From a virus, in IMG/VR virus record IMGVR_UViG_3300047318_000369, positions 26,553-90,552 of that record: a DNA stretch of 64,000 bases; one strand, given 5' to 3'. Both the position numbers and the translations under genes were made by a program. Of the stretch, positions 9,057-17,841 are shown in pieces; position 1 is the stretch's first letter, and each line of letters opens with the position of its first letter. A model generated the notes under the pieces. That model did no database searches. It was not told the DNA's origin and was given only the letters and a program-made list of their open reading frames with translations.

Positions 9057-9795
9057 CGAAGAGCACCGGCCGACACACCGCGCCTCACACCTCCTCGACT
9101 ATTCACGCCCAGGCGTTTCCACCCCACTCGGAACGACTTCCCGACGCCACGCGACCGCACCTCATCCCAACTCTTGCCGACTTTTCTTTTCGCCACCGCG
9201 CCAGCCTCCACACCCCATGCCGACGGATCAACCCGGGCCGTTACTTCCCGCCCCTCGTCGACTACGCGCCCCTACGCAGGGCTTCCCGCTGCCGCCCCAC
9301 CCAGCCGACTTTTCTGCCCCCTCCTGCCCCGCGCAGTTCAGCGCTACCCATGCCGACTATCCGTCGCTTCACCAACCAGCCCGCTCTGACTCGCGTCGAC
9401 GTGCCAAGCCCACCCTCACCACGCCGTACCGACTGCCCGACACGAGGCCCGGCCACCCACCCCATCCCGTGCCGACTTCCCAATCCGGCTCGTCGCCGCA
9501 CAGTCCGAGCCAAGCCCTCCGACACCCCCGCCCCGGCCTGGACCAGCCACCCCGGCCCAGCTCCGACCGACTACCCGGTCCGGCTCGCCACCTCGCCACA
9601 CATCACGACTCGCTCCAACCGACATGCCATCTCGATCCGCCTCGACCCGAGCCCGCCCGCAACGACTGCTCTTCCCGTCTCGCCTCGGCGCCCACCGTCC
9701 CATGACGACTTGCCAACCCTCCGCAGGCCAGGCCTAGCCGACTACCCATTCCAACTCAGCCCACTCCGCCGCAGCCCACACGACCGCCCAGGTCA
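9054..9795 (+). repeat. Pentamer-phased array: 16 full CGAC(T)-initiated units plus partial end units; candidate guide-RNA array
   Basis: CGAC at 9096, 9134, 9178, 9221, 9259, 9306, 9354, 9397, 9430, 9473, 9520, 9568, 9620, 9663, 9706, 9739, 9781; spacings 33-52 in steps of ~5; C at position 4 of nearly every pentamer. Confidence 0.9.
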
Positions 9796-9813
9796 CCGAA
9801 AGGAACTCACCAC

Positions 9814-10485
9814 ATGACCAGCATCTTCGCCAGCTTCACCGACAAGGCGTGGCCCCACCGCTTCCACGGCACCATCCGCGTGAAGAACATCGCAGGCGGC
9901 ACGCCGACTGACCCGAAGGTCGCCGAGGGCTGGCTGCGAACCAAACTCGCCGACAAGGACGACCTGATCCGCGAGATGGTCGCCCAGACCATGGTCGACC
10001 GAGGCGTCACCGCCGACGAGGCCGCGAAGCTCGTCGACACCAACAAGCACCTCAACGGCTTCCGTCGCGACGAGGACGGCTTGTACATCGAAGGCCGCCA
10101 GTTGAAGGCCGCGATCAAGGAAGCCGCGTCCGTCGCCCGCTCCGTCGACAAGCTGAAGTCCCGCTGGGGCTCCACCAACAAGGGCGTCCAAGGCTTCGTC
10201 GCCGAACACATCATGGTCGTCGAGGACAAGCTCCACCTCGGCGTCACCGAGCCCACCGGCGTCCTCCAGTCCTTCCCGAAGAACCCGCGCACCGGCCAAA
10301 CCGGTATCCAGTACACGGAGTTCATCGAGACCGCCGAGTTCGACTTCACGGTCATCTCCGACTACGCGTTCACCGACGAAGAGTGGGCCATGCTCTGGCT
10401 CACCGGCGAACAGCAGGGCGTCGGCGCTTCCCGCTCGCAGGGCTTCGGCAGGTACGAGGTCATCAAGTGGGAGGCCACCGCATGA
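9814..10485 (+). CDS. Stand-alone Cas7/RAMP-superfamily-like protein
   Basis: YIEGRQLKAAIKEAA resembles the RAMP (I/L)PGSSLKGALR helix; C-terminal Gly-rich loop GVGASRSQGFGRYEV; GAAAGGA RBS; 223 aa. Confidence 0.75.
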   Translation: MTSIFASFTDKAWPHRFHGTIRVKNIAGGTPTDPKVAEGWLRTKLADKDDLIREMVAQTMVDRGVTADEAAKLVDTNKHLNGFRRDEDGLYIEGRQLKAAIKEAASVARSVDKLKSRWGSTNKGVQGFVAEHIMVVEDKLHLGVTEPTGVLQSFPKNPRTGQTGIQYTEFIETAEFDFTVISDYAFTDEEWAMLWLTGEQQGVGASRSQGFGRYEVIKWEATA

Positions 10486-10721
10486 GCGACCAGACCCCCG
10501 CGTCGGACGACACCACCGCCGTGATCAAGCACCTGTGTGCCGAGCTCGGCATCAACACCATCCCCTATACGGACGAGGCGGGTGTCTCGCACGTCGAGAT
10601 CGACGTGATTCACGTGGCCAGCCTGATCGAGGCCGGCACTCTCGCCGCCCGCGCCGAAGACCACCCGCCGTTCGTGGAGTTCGCCCGCCGCCTCGGCATC
10701 ACGCTCGGTGGTGCGGCATGA
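10482..10721 (+). CDS. Hypothetical protein
   Basis: ATGA-coupled to the RAMP-like gene. Confidence 0.65.
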   Translation: MSDQTPASDDTTAVIKHLCAELGINTIPYTDEAGVSHVEIDVIHVASLIEAGTLAARAEDHPPFVEFARRLGITLGGAA

Positions 10722-11149
10722 GCGACACCCAGATGACGCCGGAGCGCATCGCCGAGATCAAGGACTTGCTCAAGTACGAGTCCTCCATCGCCTTCTACAG
10801 CAGCCGGGCGAAGGAGTCGATGCTCCTGCTCGTCGAGGAGGCCGAGGAGGCTGCACGTCTCCGCAAGCAGGCGGCGATCGTCGAGAAGTTCGTGGCCGAC
10901 CGCGCCGACTACATCACCGCGATCCGTAACTGCCACCCCGACAACGGCCACGACTACGACCGCTGGCAGGGGCACGCCGAATCCCGACGGCAGCTCGCCG
11001 AGCAGCTCGGCCTGCCCGTCGCATGGCCCGCCAAGGAGGCTCCCGCGCCGCAGCACTACGACAAGACGCCGGACCCGCTGGACGGATGCCACTGGTGCGC
11101 GTGCGGCAACCCCTGGCCCTGCGAGCACGCCAAGGCGGTGACGGTATGA
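10718..11149 (+). CDS. Hypothetical protein with C-terminal Cys/His motif
   Basis: Coupled ORF; CHWCACGNPWPCEH. Confidence 0.65.
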   Translation: MSDTQMTPERIAEIKDLLKYESSIAFYSSRAKESMLLLVEEAEEAARLRKQAAIVEKFVADRADYITAIRNCHPDNGHDYDRWQGHAESRRQLAEQLGLPVAWPAKEAPAPQHYDKTPDPLDGCHWCACGNPWPCEHAKAVTV

Positions 11150-11457
11150 CCGCCATCATCTCGGCCGAGGTCGTTGCGAAGCTCCGCGCGCTGCGCAAGA
11201 TCCGGAAGGTCTCGGCGCAGCAGCTATCCGACCGGATGGCGGAACTCGGTTACCCGGTCGCGCGCACGGTGATCGCCAATCTGGAGAATGGCCGCCGCGC
11301 CGAGGTCTCTATCGACCACGTAGTCATCGCGGCGCAGGCGCTCGACACGACAGTCGAGGCCCTCCTTACCGAGCCGGTTCGCTGCCCGTCTTGCAAGGGT
11401 GAGCCGCCCGCCGGGTTCACCTGCAACACCTGCGGCCAGGGCGGTGAGGCCGCATGA
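11146..11457 (+). CDS. XRE HTH protein with C-terminal Zn finger
   Basis: LRKIRKVSAQQLSDRM...TVIANLENGRR; CPSC..PPAGFTCNTCG. Confidence 0.8.
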   Translation: MTAIISAEVVAKLRALRKIRKVSAQQLSDRMAELGYPVARTVIANLENGRRAEVSIDHVVIAAQALDTTVEALLTEPVRCPSCKGEPPAGFTCNTCGQGGEAA

Positions 11458-11924
11458 ACGCCGAGACCTTCAACGCCCTGCACCCGGTCGGCACTCCGGT
11501 GCTCGCCTACCCCGGCGCCCGGCCGCATGGCGGCCCGAGTGACGAGATGCTGATCACCCGCACCCGTACCGAGGCCCTGCACTCCGCCAGCGGCGACGGC
11601 GTCGTCTGGGTCGACGGCCACGGCGCCTACATCGCCCTCACCCACGTCGACCCGGTCACCGAGGAGGAGTGGCAGCAGGCGCGGATCGACCGCGATGCGA
11701 CCACGGCGGCCCGGCGCGCCTCTCTCCTCGACGCCATCCGCGCCTACCCGGGCGGTGGTTGGACGCCGGACCGTGCGGCCTTCGCTGCGAAGCGGGCCGG
11801 ATTCGGCTGGGCCGGTACGCGCACAGCGACCGCCGACCTTGAAGCCCTGGTCGCCGAGGGGCACCTGACGCCGGTCACCAAGGTGGTCATCAGCCACTAC
11901 GACCTGACGGCGGCCACGTCATGA
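11454..11924 (+). CDS. Hypothetical protein
   Basis: Coupled ORF; FNALHPVGTPV motif. Confidence 0.65.
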   Translation: MNAETFNALHPVGTPVLAYPGARPHGGPSDEMLITRTRTEALHSASGDGVVWVDGHGAYIALTHVDPVTEEEWQQARIDRDATTAARRASLLDAIRAYPGGGWTPDRAAFAAKRAGFGWAGTRTATADLEALVAEGHLTPVTKVVISHYDLTAATS

Positions 11925-12175
11925 CCCGCCCGATCGAAGACCTCGACGCCCCGCCGACGCTGCGCGACCGGATGGCCGCCCTGGTGGCCCGGCAGAAGGT
12001 CGACGCCTCAGCCGAGCGCCTCCGTCTGCTGCTGGCCGACCCGCAGGCCGGTGTTCACGGCCAGCACGCCACATCCGGTGAGGGCGCCGAAATGCGGCAT
12101 CTGCTCTACGACGCCGACTCCGACGCCAGCGTCCCCGCCTTCCCCTACCCGACCGCCCAGGAGGCGTCGAAGTGA
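11921..12175 (+). CDS. Hypothetical protein
   Basis: Coupled ORF. Confidence 0.6.
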   Translation: MTRPIEDLDAPPTLRDRMAALVARQKVDASAERLRLLLADPQAGVHGQHATSGEGAEMRHLLYDADSDASVPAFPYPTAQEASK

Positions 12176-12381
12176 CTGCGATCTCGCTCCTCTCCATCAA
12201 GGTCGACTCACCGCCCGAGCAGCTCAGCCTCGACCCCGAGTACGGGCTGCTGCTGCGCCTCGAAGTCGGCGTCCACCTCAACCTGTCGGACGCGTCGGAA
12301 GCGACCTGCCGCACCATGGCCCGGCTCCTCATGCAGGCCGCCCGCATCAAGGCCAGCCAGACGCTGAAGCAGGTGGCCTGA
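12172..12381 (+). CDS. Hypothetical protein
   Basis: Coupled ORF. Confidence 0.6.
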   Translation: MTAISLLSIKVDSPPEQLSLDPEYGLLLRLEVGVHLNLSDASEATCRTMARLLMQAARIKASQTLKQVA

Positions 12382-12382
12382 C

Positions 12383-12574
12383 ATGGCGACCGCCGTGGAC
12401 CCCCGCCCGCTGGCCGACCTGGAGATGGACGCCCTCGTCCGCGTCGAGCAGGAGATGGAGCGCCGCGCGCACGGCGTCCGGCCGTGGTCGATCGCCGACT
12501 ACCTCGACCAGAACGCCGCCGAACACGCACGGTTCGAAGTCGCACGCCGGGTCCGGCTCGGGCGGGTGGCGTGA
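12383..12574 (+). CDS. Hypothetical protein
   Basis: Operon position, AGGTGG RBS. Confidence 0.6.
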   Translation: MATAVDPRPLADLEMDALVRVEQEMERRAHGVRPWSIADYLDQNAAEHARFEVARRVRLGRVA

Positions 12575-12771
12575 TGACCGCTTCCCTTGACGCGATCCTC
12601 GCCGCCTCCTCAGAGACGGGCGCCGTGGTCACGATCCCCGGCCTCCTCCACTGGCTCGGCCGTGAAGCCAGCACCCCCGACCCCGACTTCACGGCCTCGA
12701 TCGAGAGCGGATTGACCGAGGGCTATGAGGCCTACTGCGAGCGCATCAGCCGGACGGAGGCGACGTCATGA
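12571..12771 (+). CDS. Hypothetical protein
   Basis: Coupled ORF. Confidence 0.55.
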   Translation: MMTASLDAILAASSETGAVVTIPGLLHWLGREASTPDPDFTASIESGLTEGYEAYCERISRTEATS

Positions 12772-13019
12772 GCGGCCGGGAACTGGACCAGTACGTGCTG
12801 GCCGTCGGCGCCCCCACCGCCCGGCAAACCCGTGCCGCAGCCGTGCACGTCGCGGACCGGATCGCCGCCGAGCACCCGCACCCGCTCGACGACGTCATGC
12901 CGAAGCTCGCCGGCAGGCAGCTCGCCAAGGACCCGGCCATCGCCGCCGGGGTGCTCGAACTCCTCGACGTGCTCGGGCTCATCACCACACGGCGGCAACC
13001 GGAAGGGGCCGAGTCGTGA
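12768..13019 (+). CDS. Hypothetical protein
   Basis: Coupled ORF. Confidence 0.6.
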   Translation: MSGRELDQYVLAVGAPTARQTRAAAVHVADRIAAEHPHPLDDVMPKLAGRQLAKDPAIAAGVLELLDVLGLITTRRQPEGAES

Positions 13020-13128
13020 CCTCCGCCTTCCTCGCATGCGTCATCGCCGCCCTGCTGTGGGCCGCCGCCTACGACGCCTGCCGCAACAACGACCAACGCA
13101 TTGCCGCCGAGAACGACGAGGAGCAGCA

Positions 13129-13578
13129 GTGACCCTCACCGACCTGATCCCTTCCCTGACCGGCAAGCCGAGGCCCCGCAAGGCGAACCGCATCGAGGCC
13201 AGGCTGCGCAAGGCCCAACTCCACCTGGCTGCCGTCCGCGAGGACAACGCCAAACTCCTCGACCGGCAGACCGCCGCCGACGACTTCTTCGCGATCCTCA
13301 TGCACGACGTCGTCACCACCAACGCCGCGCTCGGCCTGGAACAGCAGTTGCGCGCCGAAGCCGAAATCGACCGCGACGAGTGGCGGGACGAAGCGCTCGC
13401 CCTGCATGCCCGGTTCAGTGCGCAGATCGCCGCCGAGGCCAACGCAACCGCGGTCGACGTGCCGCCCCTGAAGCGCATCGGCTGCGACGACGACACCGCA
13501 TCCGTCGACGTCACCACGCTCTGGGAAGCCGCCGAAGCGGGCCTGCTGCCCGGCTGCGGTCCAGGGCGCCTCACCTGA
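13129..13578 (+). CDS. Hypothetical coiled-coil protein
   Basis: GAGGAG RBS, coupled ORF. Confidence 0.6.
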   Translation: MTLTDLIPSLTGKPRPRKANRIEARLRKAQLHLAAVREDNAKLLDRQTAADDFFAILMHDVVTTNAALGLEQQLRAEAEIDRDEWRDEALALHARFSAQIAAEANATAVDVPPLKRIGCDDDTASVDVTTLWEAAEAGLLPGCGPGRLT

Positions 13579-13687
13579 ACCCGCCGGCGCGGGCGATGAC
13601 TCGCTCTCGCCTCGCTGGCGCCCAAGAAGAAACCCCGCACGCGGCTGGCATGCGGGGGCCCACCACCAGCATCTCAGAAGGAATCCG

Positions 13688-14485
13688 ATGCCCCAGATCA
13701 GCTTCCCCCTCGACAAGGCGCACCAGGCGCTCGACGAGTTCCTGACCGGCGAGGACGCCGTCGACCACCTCGGCAACCGGTACAGCCGCCACATCTACGA
13801 CGACAAGGAGAACGGCGTCGCCGTCATCCTCAGCGACGAGGAGTACCGCACCTACCTGACCGGCTACCAGGCCTGGCAGGACTCGCAGGAGCCCACCGAC
13901 TCCCCGGACCTTGAGCCCGGCTACCGGCCCTACGTCCACTCGCCCGAGGCGACCGTCAACCGGCTCCTGCCGCATGAGCCGCTCCACGCGCCCCTCGCCC
14001 ACGCCATCTACAAGAAGGACTACGACGAGCTGGAGCAGCGCGACCAGGACTTCATCGTCGGCGTCGCCATCAACTGCCTGCTCCGCACCACCCTCGACCC
14101 CGACACCCAGGGCGCCGTACCGATCCTCATGCTCAGCCACAACGGCGACGACCCCGAGTCCCGCACGTTCTGGCAGCTCGCCTACAAGACCGACGTCGAC
14201 GGTCTGTTCCTGCGCGCCACCGGCAACGGCTTCTTCGGCGACGAGTGGGCCATCGTCACCGGCTCCGGATTGCGCCTCGCCAAGGGCTGGTGGTCGAAGG
14301 ACGACGCGGCCCGCGCCGCTGCTGCGATCGCACGGGTCCTGCCCTACATCGACTGGATGTCCGCGGACGCCGCGAACTTCACCGACAAGTCGAAGGCGGC
14401 ACTGAAGGCGACGATCCGCCGCTACCACTTCGCTGGCCTCCGCGAGGACGCGCCGGAGCCCGAGCCGCTCACGGCCGAAGTCTGA
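13688..14485 (+). CDS. Hypothetical protein
   Basis: 265-aa ORF, strong GC3 bias, GAAGGA RBS. Confidence 0.75.
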   Translation: MPQISFPLDKAHQALDEFLTGEDAVDHLGNRYSRHIYDDKENGVAVILSDEEYRTYLTGYQAWQDSQEPTDSPDLEPGYRPYVHSPEATVNRLLPHEPLHAPLAHAIYKKDYDELEQRDQDFIVGVAINCLLRTTLDPDTQGAVPILMLSHNGDDPESRTFWQLAYKTDVDGLFLRATGNGFFGDEWAIVTGSGLRLAKGWWSKDDAARAAAAIARVLPYIDWMSADAANFTDKSKAALKATIRRYHFAGLREDAPEPEPLTAEV

Positions 14486-14497
14486 GGAGGGACCGCC

Positions 14498-14839
14498 ATG
14501 TCATCCACCACCCACGAAGTCCGCGCCAGCCAGACGGATGCCCCGGTCCTCGTCCAGGCCATCGAGCCCGTGCCCGGCCTGTTCGTGTACGAGCAGCCCG
14601 AGGAACTCCGCAGGCCTCTCGACGACTGGTATCCGTGGCGCCTCGGCCACCACTCCGGGCTGATCGTCGCCGCCGCCATGTATGAGGACGACGCCATCCG
14701 CGGCGCACAGAAGATCGCCGACCGGGCCGACTGGACGCAGGACGTCGAGGAGTTGCGGACCGCGATCGACGCCGACGGCCTGTACACGGACCTCAGCTGG
14801 TCCTCCTGCGAGCACCCCACACTCGCCCGCCTCATCTGA
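14498..14839 (+). CDS. Hypothetical protein
   Basis: GAGGAGGG RBS. Confidence 0.7.
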   Translation: MSSTTHEVRASQTDAPVLVQAIEPVPGLFVYEQPEELRRPLDDWYPWRLGHHSGLIVAAAMYEDDAIRGAQKIADRADWTQDVEELRTAIDADGLYTDLSWSSCEHPTLARLI

Positions 14840-14856
14840 CCAACAACCCCACAGCC

Positions 14857-14935
14857 GCGGCGCGTTGAGCCCCCACTCCGCGCCGCACCAGGGCAGCTCG
14901 CCCCGCACCACCCCCCTGGTCGGGGCGAGCTGCCC
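14857..14935 (+). ncRNA. 6C-RNA-like double hairpin with C-rich loops
   Basis: GCGGCGCG..GAG-CCCCCA-CTC-CGCGCCGC then GGGCAGCTCGCCCCG..ACCA-CCCCCC-TGGT-CGGGGCGAGCTGCCC. Confidence 0.5.
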
Positions 14936-14964
14936 GCCCATTACGACACCCGAAAGCGAGTCCC

Positions 14965-15192
14965 ATGAGCACCGAAAGCACCACAAAGCCTGTCACGCCA
15001 CTGCGGTGCACCCGCTGCGGCGACGAGGACGGGCCGTTCACCGCCGACGGCCTGTGCGAGGAGTGCGACCCCGAGGCGCGGCTGCTGTCCGCACTGGAAG
15101 ACGGCGGCTGGCTGGGGGACAACGCCCGCCGGCTCATCGACGCCTACGCGGCAGTTGTCGTCCACCGGGCGCGGGCGGGGGCTGCGCGATGA
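14965..15192 (+). CDS. Small Zn-finger protein
   Basis: CTRC...CEEC. Confidence 0.6.
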   Translation: MSTESTTKPVTPLRCTRCGDEDGPFTADGLCEECDPEARLLSALEDGGWLGDNARRLIDAYAAVVVHRARAGAAR

Positions 15193-15683
15193 CCGCCGCG
15201 GTGGAGCAAAGTCTGCGCGCCTGGGTGGAGGTCCCGGCATTGGACTCGGGAACCCAAGTGACAGTCCTTGTGGACGTCGATGACTACATAGCCCTCGATG
15301 GGCGGCGCCTGTCCATCGGCTCGCACGGCTATGCCCAGATCTGGGCGCGCCCCGGGCTGCGCCTTCTGCACAAGTGGATCATGGGCGTCCCAACCGGCAC
15401 CCGGTACCGCGTAATCGTCGACCACATCAACCGCGACACGCTCGACTGCCGCCGTTCGAACTTGCGCCTAGTCACCCCGACGCAATCGAACCTCAACAGG
15501 GTGGTCGCGGCCCGGGATCTTCCCATCGGCGTCTATCGCACCCGCAATGGCAAGTTCGACGCCCGCATCAAGCGGGCGGGCGTCGCGCATCACCTCGGAG
15601 TCTTCGATAGCCCGGAACAGGCCGCCGACGCGGTCAGTGTCGCTCGCGCCCTTTTCGACGCCCCTGCGGAGCGTGCCGCATGA
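15189..15683 (+). CDS. HNH homing endonuclease with AP2-like domain
   Basis: LHKWIM..VDHINRDTLDCRRSNLRLVTPTQSNLN; GVYR..GKFDARI..HLGVFDSPEQAA. Confidence 0.85.
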   Translation: MTAAVEQSLRAWVEVPALDSGTQVTVLVDVDDYIALDGRRLSIGSHGYAQIWARPGLRLLHKWIMGVPTGTRYRVIVDHINRDTLDCRRSNLRLVTPTQSNLNRVVAARDLPIGVYRTRNGKFDARIKRAGVAHHLGVFDSPEQAADAVSVARALFDAPAERAA

Positions 15684-16513
15684 CCGCCGCAGTGGAGGCG
15701 CCGGCCGAGGTCGAGCCCGGCGTGTACGACATCGACGCCGAGCTGTACCACTCGGACCCAGTTCCGGGCGGCAGTCTCTCCTCGACCGGAGCCCGCACGC
15801 TGGTCTCTCAGTGCCCGGCGAAGTTCCGGCACAGCCTGGACCACGCCGAGCCCTACAAGGCCGCCTTCGACTTCGGCACCGCCGCACACAAGGTCGTCCT
15901 CGGCGACGGGCCCGAACTGGTCCTGGTCGACGCTGCCCGCTGGGACACCAACGCCATCAAGGCCAAGGTCGCGGAGATCCGCGAAGCCGGAAACATCCCG
16001 CTCAAGCGGCCCGACCTCGAACGCGTCCACGACATGGCGACCGTCCTCAGCCAGAACGCCGAGGCCGCCGACCTTCTCGCCCCGGGCAGCGGCACCGCAG
16101 AGCAGTCCCTGTTCTGGAAGGTCGGCAACGTCTGGTGCCGGGCCCGCATCGACTGGCTCCGCCCCGACGACTTCGTCGACTACAAGTCCTGCCGCTCAGC
16201 CCACCCGGACGCCATCCAAAAGGCGGTCCAGGACCACGGCTACCACATCCAGGACTACTGGTACCGGCGCGGCGCCATCGCCCTCGGCCTGATCCACCCC
16301 CAGGCGCCGTCCCACTTCATTTTTCAGGAGAAGGAACCGCCCTATCTGGTGACGGTTGCCCGCCTCGACCTCTGGCACCCCATCGCCTACCAGGCCTGCG
16401 AGCGCGCCCTGTTCCTCTACGAGACCTGCCGCGCCGCCGACGACTGGCCGGCCTACACCACCGAAACCGCATACATCTCGCCGCCCGCCTGGCTTGAGCG
16501 CCAGTTCGCCTAG
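15680..16513 (+). CDS. RecE/exonuclease VIII-like PD-(D/E)xK nuclease
   Basis: PGVYDIDAELYH..SLSST; FDFGTAAH; EQSLFW; CRARIDWL; VDYKS; YHIQDYWY; FIFQEKEPPY. Confidence 0.88.
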   Translation: MTAAVEAPAEVEPGVYDIDAELYHSDPVPGGSLSSTGARTLVSQCPAKFRHSLDHAEPYKAAFDFGTAAHKVVLGDGPELVLVDAARWDTNAIKAKVAEIREAGNIPLKRPDLERVHDMATVLSQNAEAADLLAPGSGTAEQSLFWKVGNVWCRARIDWLRPDDFVDYKSCRSAHPDAIQKAVQDHGYHIQDYWYRRGAIALGLIHPQAPSHFIFQEKEPPYLVTVARLDLWHPIAYQACERALFLYETCRAADDWPAYTTETAYISPPAWLERQFA

Positions 16514-16523
16514 GAGAAACCAG

Positions 16524-17480
16524 ATGAGTCAGCTTCCCCCGCCCGTCCGCACCGGCCGCCAGCAGCCACAGGCCGACCAGTACGACGACGCCCCGTTCAC
16601 CTTCCGCCCGGCCACCAAGGACGGCTTCACCGCCACCGTCGCCATCCAGGGCCCCTCCGGATCCGGCAAAACCTGGACCGGCCTCTCCATCGCCAGCGGT
16701 CTCGCCGAAGGGCAGCGGTTCGGGGTCATCGACACCGAACGCCGCGCCGCCAGCCTCTACATGCGCGACATCGACGCCACCTTCGACACCCTGCCGATGC
16801 ACCGTTACGACCCGCGAGACCTCCAGAAGGCGCTCGCCGCCGCCGCCCAAAACGGCTATCCCGTCGTGATGGTCGACTCCCTCAGCCACTTCTGGAAGGG
16901 CACCGACGGCACCCTCGACCAGGTCGACAAGGCCAAGTCGAAGTACGGCGGCAACAAGTTCGCGGGGTGGAAAGACGGCACCCCCATGCAGAACGAAATG
17001 ATCGAAGCGCTCATGTCCTACCCGGGGCACGTCGTCGTCACGATGCGGTCCTACGTCGACTGGGTCCTCGTCGACAAGAGCCCCGTCAACCAGGGCATGC
17101 GCGCAGAGCAGCGCCGTGGCATCGAGTTCGAGTTCGGTGTCGCCGCAGAGATGGACTCGGCCAACCGCCTGCGGTTCATCAAGTCCCGCTGCCCCGCCTT
17201 CCGTGGCCTGCTCCTCGACCAGCCGCACGGGGCGCGCGACATCGCCAAGCCGTACCTGGACTGGCTACGCGACGGCGGCAAGGAAACCGACTCCAGCGTC
17301 TGGATCGACGCGGCCAGCTCGTCCGAGGCCACCGCCGACAGCCTCCTGTCGCTGTACCGCGACGTCGAAGCGGCCAGCGCCCTCGCCACCCCACTGATGC
17401 ACCCGCAGACCGGCCAGCCGACCAATCTCGGCGACTTCATCAAGGAGCGCGGCAAGGCGCTCAAGAACGCCCAGCAGTAG
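16524..17480 (+). CDS. AAA ATPase, Sak4-like recombination protein
   Basis: Walker A GPSGSGKT, VIDTE, Walker B VVMVDSLSH; adjacent to RecE-like gene. Confidence 0.8.
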   Translation: MSQLPPPVRTGRQQPQADQYDDAPFTFRPATKDGFTATVAIQGPSGSGKTWTGLSIASGLAEGQRFGVIDTERRAASLYMRDIDATFDTLPMHRYDPRDLQKALAAAAQNGYPVVMVDSLSHFWKGTDGTLDQVDKAKSKYGGNKFAGWKDGTPMQNEMIEALMSYPGHVVVTMRSYVDWVLVDKSPVNQGMRAEQRRGIEFEFGVAAEMDSANRLRFIKSRCPAFRGLLLDQPHGARDIAKPYLDWLRDGGKETDSSVWIDAASSSEATADSLLSLYRDVEAASALATPLMHPQTGQPTNLGDFIKERGKALKNAQQ

Positions 17481-17547
17481 CCCACCCCGTTCGGCGGCCG
17501 GCCCTACCCGAAATAGGGCCGGCCGCCACCAGACAGGAGACCACAGC

Positions 17548-17841
17548 ATGCCTGACCTTCTCGTTCAGATCGGCGGCGAGACCTTGCCGCTCCGGTCCTG
17601 CCACTGGGTTCTCTTCGGCCCGAACGACTGCGCCTACGGCTCCGAGTACGGAGACGGCGCGGTCGATGCCGAGCAGGCCCACAAGAACCTGCGGCCCTAC
17701 AAGCGCGACCGCGACCGGGAGATCAAGCAGGGCTACCGGATCGAACTCCTCAGCAAGACGCAGTGGCAGGACCAGGCCGCGGCCTGCTTCTACGGCACCT
17801 GCACCCACCAGCCCCTCCGACGTGCGGCGGTGGCCCAGTGA
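17548..17841 (+). CDS. Hypothetical protein
   Basis: AGGAG RBS. Confidence 0.65.
   Translation: MPDLLVQIGGETLPLRSCHWVLFGPNDCAYGSEYGDGAVDAEQAHKNLRPYKRDRDREIKQGYRIELLSKTQWQDQAAACFYGTCTHQPLRRAAVAQ

Noticed and set aside
9054-9795. Canonical CRISPR array
   Set aside because: The conserved part is only 4-5 nt, there is no 23-47 bp repeat, the intervening sequences have internal 5-nt periodicity, and no cas1/cas2 are present
9053-9817. 254-aa Pro-rich ORF (and overlapping 9174, 9217, 9262, 9369, 9416 ORFs) as functional proteins
   Set aside because: The periodicity is 5 nt rather than 3, and the GC3 bias of real genes here is absent; the composition is explained by the C-rich array. The open frame is kept only as a possible regulatory feature
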